Positions 24,963-38,039 of a DNA stretch of 64,000 bases are shown here, piece after piece. The DNA is from Camelus ferus (taxonomy: Eukaryota): positions 109,060,001-109,124,000 of the forward strand of contig NC_045697.1 of assembly GCF_009834535.1 (NCBI RefSeq), given 5' to 3'. The notes beneath the pieces were generated by a model, which saw only the letters and a program-made list of their open reading frames with translations, did no database searches and had not been told where the DNA came from. Numbering within the stretch: position 1 is the first letter of the stretch; the number at the start of each line of letters is the position of its first letter. The position numbers and the translations under genes were made by a program.

Positions 24963-27900
24963 TAAATGACCACGCAACACAGAAATAACACTAAGGAATG
25001 TGGTGAATGCCCAACAGTGTAAGCCACATGCTATCTGACTTCTCAAGAGGGTAATTAATTTCAATTTGGGTGGAGGGTGCATGGGGGTAGGTTTTATGAA
25101 GGAGATGCTGTGAGGTTGTGATTAAAACTATGCAACAGTTGATTCTTATTTTGTGGTTGGCTTTATACCTTTGATAACTATGTAAGTTTAAAAAGCTGAA
25201 GCTCTACTCTGTTCTTAGAAACAATGATCAATACATATATATAAACTAAAAATATGTGCAGTACATTGTATGTATGTATTTACATGCAATATAATGCTGT
25301 ATGTGCAGTCAAACTGTAATCATTCTACCTAATAAAACTGAAAAAGGAAAAAAAAATATGCAACAGTCTGAACTGACGGCACTGACCAGTGGGAGAATTC
25401 CTGGAGGGCCAGGTGGGAATCCTAGCAGCTGGGGCCTGGGCAGGGCTGGGACAGCCCGGGTACCACTCACAGCCGTGGCATTCCGAGGCTTCAACAACAG
25501 GCTGGGCCGTGCCTGAGTGCGCCAGCTGCTGTCAGCCCTGGGCTGGGTCTATCCAGGCACCTGATCAGCCCCTTCCCTCTGGAAACATATTTCTTTCCAT
25601 TTCTAGAACAGCCTCTCGCGGCTGGGCCTGCCTCTTCTCACTCGATGTTGCAACCGAACCACCTGCTTCCCGTGAAAGAGGGTATTGTTTCCACCTGGGC
25701 CGCCCCCAGCTGGGTGGGGAGAAGAGCCGGTACCCACTCGGGGAGCCTGCCCCGTCGGGCATCCTGCCTCTTGCTGGAGCAGGGAGGCGTCCGCCAGGGG
25801 TGGGGGCTCCTGGACGCCAGAGAACCAAACAGTGGGAGCAGTTCCCATAAAATAAACAGCTTCTGGGCACTGCAGACTCAGACACAGTGCTGCCCGCTTT
25901 CCTCAGGATGTAATTATGGTTGGGAAAACGGCTCTCCTGAGAGCTCACCAACCCTGGAGGGTAGAATGTTTACAAGAGGAAAACCCGTAAAGAGATTTTG
26001 CTTTGTTTGGTTTTGTTTTGCTTTAGACACTTGAAGCCGCCCACCATCGCAGTTACGTAAAATAAAAAGTTCTCTAACTACAGGCCCCGTGGAAGGAGCA
26101 GAGGTAGGGCGTCCTGAGTGTGGCAGGGGCAGGCCCAGACCCGCGGGGAGGGACTGAAGGGCTGGAAACCCAGCCTGCTTCCACCAGGGCTGATGCTGCC
26201 AGGGGAGTGGCCTCGTCTTAAAAAGGCCTATTAAGATGCGAATTATTTAGCTGAGATCTTCGCACAGGAAGGGGGTGCAGGAGTATTAGTTTTGAAGTGA
26301 GGGCAGTGTGTGTGTGTCTAGGTATGTCTGTGTGTGTGCATGTGTGTGTGCGTTTATTGGGGGGAAAGCACGAGCTACGGGCTGGTTCGTGGCGGTGGGC
26401 CCTGGGGGCACCGGCCCCCCATCTCGGCCTCAGGCCCACCCTGGCTGCCTCAGCCCCGCCAGACATGTGTGTTCTCAGTCACCTCAATGTTTCCACTCTG
26501 GCGGCAGTGAAGGGACGGCAAGCTTTATGCTCGAGGTTGTTTACTTGTGGAAGTTCTAGAAAAGCAAACACTCGGGTGCTGGGCCCATGAAGCATCCTGC
26601 CTGCGTGGTGGAAACCTCCTCAGGGCCCAGGGCTGCTCCCACACTGACTGACTGTCTGACCGGTGTGGCCCCGGCAGTGCTGGCAGGTGACCTGGCTCCT
26701 CCTTCCCTTCCTTTCCTCACAGTCTCCCCTCCCCTCTTTCTCCTTCCTTGTCATTTTTAATCATCTCACTTTCCTCTCCACCTTCTCACCCTGTCTTCCT
26801 CAAGAGAGAAGCCAACTGCAGGTCAAAGGGCAGAGCTGGCCACTCACAGGAAGTTTCTGAATTCTACGTATGGTGGGAACAGATTTTACCTCAAAGCCCC
26901 TTAAAGGAGCAGCCCCTGGGACAGAACAGGAGGCCGGGGAGGGTAGAGAGCTAGGGGGCACTGTCTGAGCACCCCAGCCTGGCCCTCAGCCACTGCAGGC
27001 CAAGAGGAGCCCTTCACGCCACACTGTCCCCTCAAGGTCTGCCCAGCCACTGCCACCGGTCAGTGTCACCTTAGCCAATCAGGCCTCAGCAATCAGGAAC
27101 CTGTCAATACCGGGAGTATCCCACCAAGTTGGCTGCCGTAGACCAAGAGGACTTCATGCAGTGTTTTTGGAAAACGATCCTGTAGTCCCAGGAACACCCC
27201 TTGAGGGACAGCCCAGCCAGAGCCCTGGACGCCATGCAGCTGACCCAGGGATCCTCCAACAACCTACCAACCCAGGTACTCTTAGCGGTCATAGTCCAAG
27301 AGTTCCACTTAGTTCCACTTTCCCATTAAGTCATCAAAGTTTGTCATTTGGTTGTGGTTAAATGTATCTACCCTAGGAAACTGCACAGGGTGTGAGCACA
27401 CAACAGTCATATGACTGACACATGAAAACCTTTCCTTCAATGTTCAAGGGCGTGAGAGTAACAGATTTGGAGTCATACACGTCTTGTTTCATGGGTGTGT
27501 ACCTGTGTATGAAATTTCAGTGGAAAAGCAGCAAGAGAAAGGAAGGAGCAGGGACAGCTGTGTGACCATGCCTTCCTGTCTACAAGACTGCCTCTGGGAA
27601 CCTGCCAATTGGTCAATATTTTTTATGTGCTTTAGAGGACCCATTATGTGCATAACATGTGTTCCAGATGGTTTGAGATGATAAGTCATGGTCCTTCTCC
27701 TCAAGAAGCATATGGTCTTTGGGGAAAAACAGAAAATGTACAGGCATGATTCATTACAGAGCCCACTTCTCCCTGAAGGAAAAAGCTGATGTGTGAGGGG
27801 CTCGGGCAGGTGTGCTGCAGGGAAGACCGGCGGGGGCTGAGGTCCCTGGGGAAGGCTCTGTGCTGGGTGCTCTCCATCATTTGGGGACTAGCAGGTGCTG

Positions 27901-29531
27901 GGGCACAGAGAGGCGGGAGGAACAAGCAAGGTGTGTAGGGCGGCCTCAGTGAGGCCCTGTCACTGTCTACCTATTGGTTCAGAAAAGGTCTGGGAAAGAC
28001 CCAGAGAGGGTCCCGAAGTCCCTGATTGGAGATCATGAGCAGGTCACTTGTTCTCGGAGCCTGCGGTCAAAGCATTTGGCAATGGAGTGGCTTGGGCACC
28101 GTCCGGTGAGATCTGACACCAGCAGGATCCCATCTTGGCCCAGCATTCACCTTTCAGGTGCATGAACATAAGGAGGTGGGGGACAGGTGGCAGAGGATAC
28201 TTGGGGGGGGGTCAAGGCAGCAGCTTTCACAGAAGTATTTTATTATTTTAGCAGCTGGTACAACTGTATGGGTGTGTGCCTGCTAAATGCCAGCTCTGGT
28301 CATGCTAATACTAGTTTGGCTGACCTTATATGGCTGCTGGGAGGATCACATGTCATCACGTACATGAGAGCGCTCTGTAAACTGGCTGTGCCAGTGCAAA
28401 CTGATGCTCTCAGTCGTTACGGCATGGGGTGGCGCAGGGCGTGGGGAACAGGAAAGTGAGCCCCTGCAGCACTAAGATAACCAGAAGAAGATTGTATTTT
28501 ACCATTTATAACTGGTGATAGCTTATTTTATTAAAAAAGTATACAGCTGAATGCAAACAGCTATATGTTAAAAACCTCAAATGGGTCACACTCACAGCAA
28601 GATTATAAACTCGAGAGCAAGGATCTATGGTTTACACATTTCATATCCTCTTAAAACAGTGGTTCACAAACTCAGGATCCTTCATGCTCTTAAATTATTG
28701 AGATTTCTGTTCCGGAAGATGGGTTAGATAAAGTTTTCCCTGTTCTTCCCACTAAGTATAACTAAAACCCCTAGACATTACATATAAACCAAACATAAGA
28801 AAGTTCTGGACTTAGCTTTTGCCTCAAATATCCCAGATTTGAAGCTGAAGAAGACAGCAACCTAGAAAACAGCTGTGGGCACAGACAAGAAAAACTCCAA
28901 CAAATCTCCTCTCTTTAGATAAAGGACCAGGAAAGGGCCACCTTAACAAGACAAAACACTTTTAGACAATAACCACTCTTCTTCATCCAAAAACCATGGC
29001 CTCACTCAAGCCCATGCTGACAAAGACCAAGTGGGGAGCCTTGACTTCTACCCTCACAAGGCTATAATGAGGCACCCCAACACCCCTGCCAGGATGGCAT
29101 CAGAGAAGGCCAAGAAGGAAGCTGGAATTTTTATCCCTGCCAGCTGATAATGAACACACACACACCATGTTAATGGGGACTAGGCTGGGCACCTGGGTAC
29201 CTAGCCCCACCTGGCAGGAGCATCCCCTCCTGCCTCATGGGGTGATGTCAGAGGAAGCCTCATGGGAACTCAGGACTTTCACCATTTCCCAGATGGAGGG
29301 AGGCCACCTCAGAGGAGACCACATGGGGAGCTGGAACTCGCACTCCTTTCCAGGATTAATGAGGATTCCTGACCTTGGCTGCCACTAGGGGCTGAGTAGG
29401 GAACCCAGGCTTCTACTTCCTCTTGGCAGTAATGAGACAGTGCTCCCTCTTCTTTCGTGCCAGAGTTGTATCAGGGAAAGCCAGTTTAAATAAAGTCTAG
29501 AGTTTCATACCACAATAAAAATGTCCAAGTT

Positions 29532-29816
29532 TGGTTTTCCTAATTTTTTTTTTCTAAAACCTTAGTTCCTGTCCTTTTGAGTAGGGGAGGAGAGCTTATA
29601 GCTAGGGTAAGGCCCCACAAATCTAAATTTGCATTCATTCCTACATCTATCCACTGGTTTATCTGTTCTTTTGTTTACTTGATAAATATTTTGGGCCAAG
29701 CCCTGGACTAAATGCTGAGGAGAAAGAGCTTCAAGCATTATGTGCAGATTTGTGGGGAGGTAGGGGCAAAATGTTTAATGTTAAAACTAAAAATAAAAGG
29801 ATTTTTAAAATTAGAC
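29532..29816 (+). pseudogene. Orphan retroposed 3' fragment (AATAAA, TSD) inside L1 5' region
   Basis: 16/18 direct repeat 29514-29531 / 29817-29834; AATAAA 29792-29797. Confidence 0.55.
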
Positions 29817-30038
29817 AATTAAAAAGTCCAAGTTCAATTTAAAAAATCACTTGTCATACTAAGAACCAAGAAGATCTCAAACTGAATGAAAAACAACAAT
29901 AACAACAGTCAATAGATGCCAACATCAAGAGAACAAAGATGGTAGAATTATCTGACAAAGATTTTATAGCAGCCATGATGAAAATGCTTTGGTAAGCCTT
30001 ATGATTATGCTTAAAACACAGGGAAAAAATGCCTCAGC

Positions 30039-30700
30039 ATGGAAATACAAGATATAAGGAAGAACCAAATAGAAATTTTAGAATTGAAAAATATAGTAAC
30101 AGAAATAAAAAGCTCAGTAAATGATCTCAATGGAAGAATGGAGGGGACAGAGGAAAGCATCAATGAACTGGAGTACAGAAAAATAGAAATTACCCAATGT
30201 GAACAAAAGAGAGAAAATAAACTGGAAAAAAAAAAAAAGGACAGATCCTCAGGGACCAATGAGGCTATAACAAAAGATTCAACATTCATATCATGGAGTT
30301 CTGAAAGGAGATAAGAGAGGGTGGCTGAAAAAGAAGCTGAAAAATAATAGCTGAAAAGGTCCCAAATCTGGTAACATACACAAACCTATAAATTTAAGAA
30401 GTTGAACAAACTCCAAATATGATAAACCCAAATAAGTCCATGCCAAGACACTCATAATTAAACTCCTGAAGACTAAAGAAAAATAATCTCAAAGTCAGCC
30501 AGAGGAAAACAACATCTTACCGACAGGGGAAAAACAATTTGAATAATAGCAGATTTCTCCTCATTAACCATGGAGGCCAGAAGGAAGTGCATAATATTTT
30601 TCAGCACTGAAAGAAACTGTCAATCCAGAGTTCTATATCCAGCAAAAGTATCTTTCAGGAATGAAAGGGAAATAGTGACATTGTCATCAACCGACCTACA
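30039..30700 (+). pseudogene. Degenerate L1 ORF1p
   Basis: Coiled coil KNQIEILELKNIVTEIKSSVNDLNGRME..INELE; stops and frameshifts downstream. Confidence 0.85.
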
Positions 30701-30958
30701 CTCAAAGAATGGCTAAAGGAAGTTCTCTAAAAAATAAATGACAAAACCTTGGAACATCAAGAAGAAAGAACACAGTTAACAAAAATATGGGTAAATACAA
30801 TAAGCTTTCCTTCTCCCATTAAGCTTTCTAAATAATGTGTAATGATTGAAGCAAAAATCACAACAATTATAATGTGGTTCTATGTATTCAGAGGAAATAT
30901 TTAAGATAATTATATTTTATAAACAGGGGAGAGTGAAGGGACATTAAAAGACATAGGA

Positions 30959-31072
30959 TTTTTTAATTTTATTAATTTTATGAAAGTTTTTTTTAATGGA
31001 GATACTGGGGATTAAATCCAGGACCTTGCATATGCTAAGCATGTGCTCTACCACTGAGCTATACCTACCCTC
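30959..31072 (-). mobile_element. vic-1-like tRNA-Ala SINE within L1
   Basis: tggagatactggggattaaatccaggacc..atgctaagc..ctctaccactgagctatac. Confidence 0.85.
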
Positions 31073-31299
31073 TAAAGAGACTGGTAAATCACTCAAACTG
31101 GTAAGATGAAGACACAGGATTCTGTGATAAGTTTTGTATATATAATGTAATGCCTAGGGCAACCAGTTAAAAAGCTATAGAAAGAGATACAATAAAAAAA
31201 CACCAGAGGTAAATAAAAATGAAATTCTAAGTGTTCAAGTACACACAGGGAGGCAGGGAAAATAAATGGAAAATACAGAGAATAAACAGGAAATAATGG

Positions 31300-33800
31300 T
31301 AGACTTAATAAGCACTAACATATCAATTAGTACATTAATGTAAACAGTCTAAACAACAATTAAAAGACAAAAATTGTTAGAGTGGTTTAAAAAAACATGA
31401 CTCAACCATATGATGTCTGCAAGAAACTCATTTCAAATATAACAATATAGGCAGGATGGGAAAATATATGTCATGCAAACATTAGCAACAAAAAAACCCA
31501 CAATGAGATATTACTATCAGACAGAGTAAACTTCAGAGCAAACAAAATCAGCAAAAATACAGAGGAATATTGTATAACAATAAAAGGATCAATTCATCAA
31601 GTAGACGTAGTAGTCCTAAACGTGGGTGCACCAACCACCAGAGCTGCAAAATATGTGAAGAAAAAACAGATATACTTGAAAAGAGAAAGAGACAAATCCC
31701 CAATTACAGCTGTAGACTTCAACATCCCTTTCTCAACAACTGGTACCAACTAGACATAAATTCAACAAGGATATAGAAGAACTCAACAATGCTATCAACC
31801 CAGAGAACTGAATCAATATTTATAGAACCCTCCACCCAACAACACAGAATACACATGTTTTTCACACACCCACGGAACATAGGCCAAGATAGACCATACC
31901 CTGGGCCATAAAAAAAGAGTGTAAGAAATTTAAATCCTATAAAGTGTATTCTCTGACCACAATGGAAACAAACTAGAAATCAATAACAGAAAGATAATAT
32001 GAAAATCGCCAAACACTTGGAAACTGAACAACAAAATTTTAAAAAATAATCCATGGGTCAAAGAGGTGGTCATAGAAGAAATTGTATAAAATACAGTGAA
32101 ATGAATGAAAATAAAAATACAGCATATCACAATTTGTGGGATACACATAAAGCAGTGTTGAGAAGGAAATCTGTAGCACTAAATATATTAGAAAAGAGGG
32201 AACATCTCAAAACAATAATTTAAAGTCTCACTTCAAGAACTTAAATAAACCCGAAGCAAGCAAAAGAAAGAAAGTAACAATGTAAGAGCAAAGATTAATA
32301 AAATTGAAACAGAGAAATGCCTGTTTCCAAATAAAGAAAATTAATTTTTAAAAAAAGAGCTGGTTCTTTGAAAAGATCATAAAATTGATAAACTTCTAGT
32401 AAGACAAAAAGAGAGAAGACACAAATTACCAACATCAGGAATGAACGAAAGGATATCACTAAAGACCCTGCAGACATCAAAAGGATAAGGGAATATTACA
32501 AGCAACTGTGCATTCATAACTGTGACAGCTTTGATGAAATGGACCACAACTGCCAAAACTCGCCCAAAATGAAATGAATCATTTGAAAAGTACTGTAACT
32601 ATTAAGGAAATTGAATTCGTAATTTAATAACTCACAAAAAAAAAATCTCTAGGCTTAATTTCACTGGAGAATTCCACCACTCATTTAAAAAAGAATTAAT
32701 ACGAATTCTAAACAATCTCGTCCAGAAAATAGAAGAGAGAGAACACTTTGCAATTTATTTCATGAAACTAGTGCTACCTTGGTAACCACAACTAACCAAA
32801 GAGAGGATAAAAAAAATTCAGACCAATGTCCCTCCTGAGTGTAGGTGCAAAAATTCTTTACAAAATATTTTCAAATAGAACTAAATAATATCTAAAAAAA
32901 TTGTACACCATGACCAAGTAAGGTTTATTATTTATGCATTATTATTTATTATTATTATTAAGATTCAACATTTGAAAATCAATTAATGTAATCCATCATA
33001 TTAACAGGCTAAAGAAGTACATGATCATATCAATTAATGCAGCAAAAGCATTTGACAAAATTCAACACTCATTCATGATAAAAAAAACTCTTGAAAAAAT
33101 AGGCATAGAAGGGAACTTCCTCAACTTGATAAAGAGTACGTACAAAAAACCTACAGCCAATGTTATACTTAATGGTGAAAGACTGAATGTTTTCCTTCTG
33201 ACATCAGGAACAAGGCAAGAACGTGTACTCTCACCACGCTCATTAAGCATACTGCTGGAAGTTCCAGCTAGTGTGACAAGGAAAGAATAGGAAATACCTG
33301 GCATACGGAATGCTCTGAGAAAGACTGCATTGAAAGGATACAACAGAACAGCTACCGAATGGGAGAAAATATTTGCAAACCACATATCCAACAAAGCACA
33401 ATTATCTAGAACATATAAAGAACTCTCAAAACTCAACACTAAAAGAGCAAACAATCCAATTAGCACATGAGCCAAAGCTACGAAGAGACCTTTCACCAAG
33501 AAATATATAAAGATAGCAAACAAGCACACCCACGATTGTTCCACATCATTAACCACCAGGGAAATGCAAACCTAAACCACCATGAGGCATCACTACAAAC
33601 ACAACAATGCCTGAATAAAAAAATGTAACTACAACAAATGCTGGTGGGGCACAGTCAGAGAAGCTGGATCACTCATACATGGCTGGTGGGAATGTATCAT
33701 GGTGCTGCCACTCTAGAAGACAATCCGGCAGTTTCTTTAAAAACCAAACATACAACTACTATATAACCCAGCAGTTATACTCCTGGGCATCTATCCCAGA
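31300..33800 (+). pseudogene. Degenerate L1 ORF2p (EN, partial RT, C-terminus)
   Basis: TLNVNSLN-like start; RT peptide MIISINAAKAFDKIQH...GTRQERVLSP (33021-33290); EWEKIFANH follows directly. Confidence 0.85.
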
Positions 33801-34852
33801 GAAACAAAGACTTAAGTTCACAGAAAAACCTGTACCACAATGTGTATGGCAGATTTATTTGTCATAGCCCCAAACTGAAAGCAACCCAGATGCCTTTCAG
33901 TGAGTGAATGGCTAAACAAACTATGGTATAGGAATAAACAAAGAATGAACTATTAATACATGCAAAAACCTGGATTAATCTCCAGAGAATTATGCTGAGT
34001 GAAAAAAAACCAATTCAAAAGGTTACGTATGCTATGATTCTATTTATTATAACATCCTTGCAATGATAAAATTATAGAAATGGAGAAGAGACTAGTGGTG
34101 GCCAACGGTTAAGGAAAGGGCAGAGCATGGAAAAGCGAGGTTGTCCTAGGACAACATGAGGGATAGTGGTGACGGAAACGTTCTGCATCTTAACTGTACC
34201 AACGTCAACATCCTGGCTGTGATATCGTCCTAGAGTTTTGCAGGATATTGAGTAAAAGGTACCTGATATCGCTCTGTATTACCTCTTACAACTTTATATG
34301 AGTCTCAGTCTAAAAAGTTTAATTTAAAAAGTATTAAAGATAACAAAGAACTTGCTTATATTGGTTATATCTATCGATGTTTACCATATTAAAAATGAAA
34401 ACAGAGATATTTAAAAATAATTAATTCATTGAAAACAACAATATAACCAAACATGTTAATAGAAATAGCATATTTTAGGAAACATAATTATATTCTTCAA
34501 AACAAAGGAAAGTTAGTGAGAAGGTGGTATTGTTTTGCATTCTTCAGATCTCTGTAATGTTTAGCTTATTCAAAACAAAGAGTCTTTTTTTTATTACTAA
34601 TAAATAATTTTTTTTAGATTTTTTCTCCTTTTTCAGTTTTATTACAAAACAGCTAGATTCTTATATATGCTTCTGCATTCCATCACTTGCAATGTTGTTT
34701 TAGTTGAAGTAAATGAAGACAAGCCAGCCCCACTTTGATATGTAATTACAAAAGAGAAGAATATTTTAATGGCCTTTTCAAATAATGGTAGATATCCTTT
34801 TTTGATACTACACAAAAACTTGATGAGTGATAACTTTTAAAAAGTTAGTTGT

Positions 34853-34940
34853 GGCGGTGGGAGGGTACAGCTCAGTGGTAGAGCGCAGGCTTAGCATGCA
34901 CGAGGTCTGGGGTTCAACCCCGGTACGTCCATTTTAAAAT
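34853..34940 (+). mobile_element. tRNA-Ala(AGC)-derived SINE/retropseudogene, short form
   Basis: GAGGGTACAGCTCAGTGGTAGAGCG..CTTAGCATGCACGAGG..GGTTCAACCCC..TCCA; TSD aaaagttagttgt / aaaaattagttgt. Confidence 0.9.
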
Positions 34941-36877
34941 AAAAATTAGTTGTAATGTGGAATCTGAAACTATATCAATGAACTTTTTTATTCTCTGTTA
35001 CTTCAAAATCCATTTATCTATCTTACACTTTGAAGGGATCCATGCTTGAATTCTTGGCCTCCTGCAGCCCTGAAAGGTGTCTAGGACCACCAGGGGCTCC
35101 TAGACCACACTTTGAGAAACATTGCTCTAGAGTTCTTAGCCTGAGACCTGCTATAAGTGCCCAATAAATGCATTAATTTGATGATGGAATATTGAAACCC
35201 TTAGTTCAAAGCCTGCCTGCAGACTGGGCAGCTGAAATGATTAGAGATGGAAGTCTTGTCTGGGAGAAATCAGATAGCAAATACACATATTACAGATCAC
35301 ATGGTCCTTGTCTCTGGCGCTTCCCCAAGGTGGCCCCGTGTCCATCTGTGTGCCTTGACCCGGTAGTGTGTCCTCAGAGAGGAAGGGGTCCTCTACGGTA
35401 CACCAGTTGGATGGGTGATGTTTCAAGCACTTTTTAAAAGACGTTTTATTCTCTTTTTATAGATGAAGATGCTGAGTGATTGAAATGGCTTGTACAGAGA
35501 AGCGGACTGGGGACCAGGTGCCAGAACTCCTGACCCTCTTCCCTGTCCATAGCCCCAGCAGAGCCATGAATGGCCCCTTTCAGCAGCTGTTAACCAGCTT
35601 ATACTTTTCAAGTAGCATAATAGTTCCCCCATGAATCTAAACCAATGAAACAAGCAGTCCTTTCCCTTTCACAGTGAATAGTAACCCAGGAGAACTCACT
35701 GCCACAAGTTATTATTATAGCAAATAACTAAACAAGGATACAAACAAGATCAGACGCTCATCCAAATAGGGAAAACCATGGCAGGCTTTTAAGTCTGCTT
35801 TGAAGCAGCCTGTGGTCACCAACTCAAATCTGGGAAGACATCTCAGTGAGAGATGATTAGGTGTGGGTTTTTTGTGTGGTTCTGTTTTTCAAGGGAAAGG
35901 TTTGCATCTTATTTTGAAACACTCTGGGAAAGTCTGAGAAGAGATTAGCTATGAAACTCTTATGAAGGCCCTGATGGATTTATAGTTACAACGACAGACA
36001 ATAGGGACCTCTTTGTACGCTACAGTTTGTCCCTGAGGGACGCGGCAGTGTGTTGCAGGGGACTGTTTCCCTCAGGGAACTCCTGGGAGGGAGGGGCTGT
36101 GCCTTACTCACTGTGGCATCCGCACTGCCAGCCCCGGAAGTCGGACAGAGTTAGTGCTCAGTAAGTTGTTGAATTAACAAATCACGTTTAGCCAGCATGA
36201 CGTCGAGCCCTTGTGAAGCAATTACATACAAGTCAGTCATTCCAGGCTGTTCTAGAATTCTATGGAAAATGTCCTGGGATTCCATACAGAGAAAAATTTA
36301 GTTGCATATGATGTTGCTTTTTCTGAATTTTCTAAATTATTTTAGCTAATTTACTTTCATTTATCAAGCAACAGGACTTCTGGGATCCCAATCATGTTTA
36401 TAAATGCCTCTCCTCTCTCTTCCCTGAGGTCCTGGCTTCAGGCACAAGCCTGATGTGCTGCAGAGTCAGAAATAATTTGGAAGTACAGTTTCTAAAAGCA
36501 GAAATTGTCTTCTTGGTGTCATGCCATGCTAGAAGCCAAAGTTTCCAGTCCCTCGAGGCATCTTGGAAATTGCCGCATGTTCTTTGATAGAAAAACAATG
36601 ACAAGAGATTATTGTCGTCTACATTTTCTTTAAATTCTCATGGGTTTTGTGAGTATATGCATGCTTTTGAAGAGCTCTAAGTTAAATTTAATTACAACAC
36701 ATGTAACAACAACAATAAAAACTCTCTACAATAAAGCATTCCAAGCCCCAGCCAGTGGCCTACTTACAATGGCAATGACACAGTCCTCAGGTTTGTTATA
36801 ATGAGATTTGATTTATGTCTGGGAATCCCTGAATATATGAATAGAGGATATCACTATGATTTGTGGCTCTTACTGGG

Positions 36878-36878
<1 letters not shown>

Positions 36879-36918
<40 letters not shown>
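36879..36918. repeat. (GATA)10 microsatellite
   Basis: Direct observation. Confidence 0.95.
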
Positions 36919-36922
<4 letters not shown>

Positions 36923-37042
36923 CAACTAATTTTTAGCTCAAGTTGACTTCATTCATTCATTTCACTAATTCGATAGTTAGCTATTATAAAATAGGTTACC
37001 AAAATAATTTTTTTCTTTTTTTTAAAGTGCAGTGTTTTATCC

Positions 37043-37095
37043 TTTTTTTTTTTTTTTTTTTTGCCGGGGGGTGGGGTGGGAGGGAGGTAATTAGG

Positions 37096-37138
<43 letters not shown>

Positions 37139-37225
37139 TTATTATTTTAATGGAGGTACCGGGGATTGAACCCAGGATCTCATGCATGCTAAGCATACAA
37201 TCTACCACTGAGCTATAGCCTCCCC
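37043..37225 (-). mobile_element. vic-1-like SINE with expanded (TAAA)n
   Basis: Antisense tRNA-Ala body, (TTTA)n ~37096-37140, ggtaattagg motif, poly(T). Confidence 0.9.
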
Positions 37226-37249
37226 ACAAAGCTATAGATTGTGACTATT

Positions 37250-37381
37250 ATTTCTTTTTTTATAATTAAATTTTTTTTGAGGGGAAGTAATTAAGTCTAT
37301 TTATTAAATTATTTTTTTAAATGGAGGTACTGGGGATTGAACCCAGGACTTCCCGCATGCTAAGCATGCACTCTACCACTT
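37250..37381 (-). mobile_element. vic-1-like SINE, 5'-truncated
   Basis: tggaggtactggggattgaacccaggac..atgctaagcatgcactctaccact. Confidence 0.85.
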
Positions 37382-37742
37382 GCCTTATGCCTTATTGTAT
37401 GCTAGACACTATTCTAGATCCTTTACTATGTTACATCATTTAATTTCTAACAACCTTACACTGTAGATATTTTATTTGTCCCTGCTGAGAGTTTATAGTC
37501 TTCTGAGGGAAATAAACACTTAAAACAGATAAGTCTAGAACATGGTAGATGTGGTGGTGGAGCCATTCCAGAGGAATTATGGGGACACAAGAGAGAGACA
37601 TGACTTGATTTCCCCAAAACACCAGAGATGAGTGACAGTAAACAATACTTAAGCTAAGTCATTATTTCTTCTTTCATGTACAATTACTTAAACTTTTATG
37701 GTTTGAAAACATTCTTTAATATTTTATAAGAGATAACCATAT

Positions 37743-37764
37743 ACACACACACACACACACACAC
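37743..37764. repeat. (AC)11 microsatellite
   Basis: Direct observation. Confidence 0.9.
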
Positions 37765-38039
37765 TGAACCCTCTGTGTTCAGTGTATTTCTAAATATTCA
37801 AGCACTAGGCTGTAAAATATATCAATTTTCTTCTAAAAATGTTTTTAGATTTGACATCTGCTATTTTGAGCAATCTGGTGGTAAATCTGTATGGAGAGCC
37901 ATGAGCTTTACTCCTTGAGAAGTAAGACTATATGATGATTAGGTGAATTATTAAAAAGCAAATCTGGATAACTTAGTGTGGAACACCTTGACCAAATTTT
38001 ACAAAATGGCACTCATGGTCCAAATTGACTCTCTACATG

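Larger units (their letters stand above)
28704..34330 (+). mobile_element. End-to-end L1MD-like LINE-1 with internal deletion
   Basis: 5'UTR, ORF1, ORF2 (EN, RT) and L1MD-type 3' end (caacatgagggat..aaaaagtttaatttaaaaa) in order; TSD-like aaattattgaga / aaagtattaaaga. Confidence 0.9.
28657..35124 (-). mobile_element. Charlie1-family hAT element split by an L1 (pieces 28657-28703 and ~34328-35124)
   Basis: TIRs cagtggttcacaaac / ctttgagaaacattg; sequence resumes with aaagaacttgcttatattggttatatctatcgat. Confidence 0.8.

Noticed and set aside
33021..33290. Reverse transcriptase as part of a novel RT system
   Set aside because: Ordinary dead L1 ORF2 fragment lacking the catalytic motif
34861..34931. 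Functional tRNA-Ala gene
   Set aside because: Stem mismatches, a 1-nt deletion, and TSD plus tail indicate a retroposed copy
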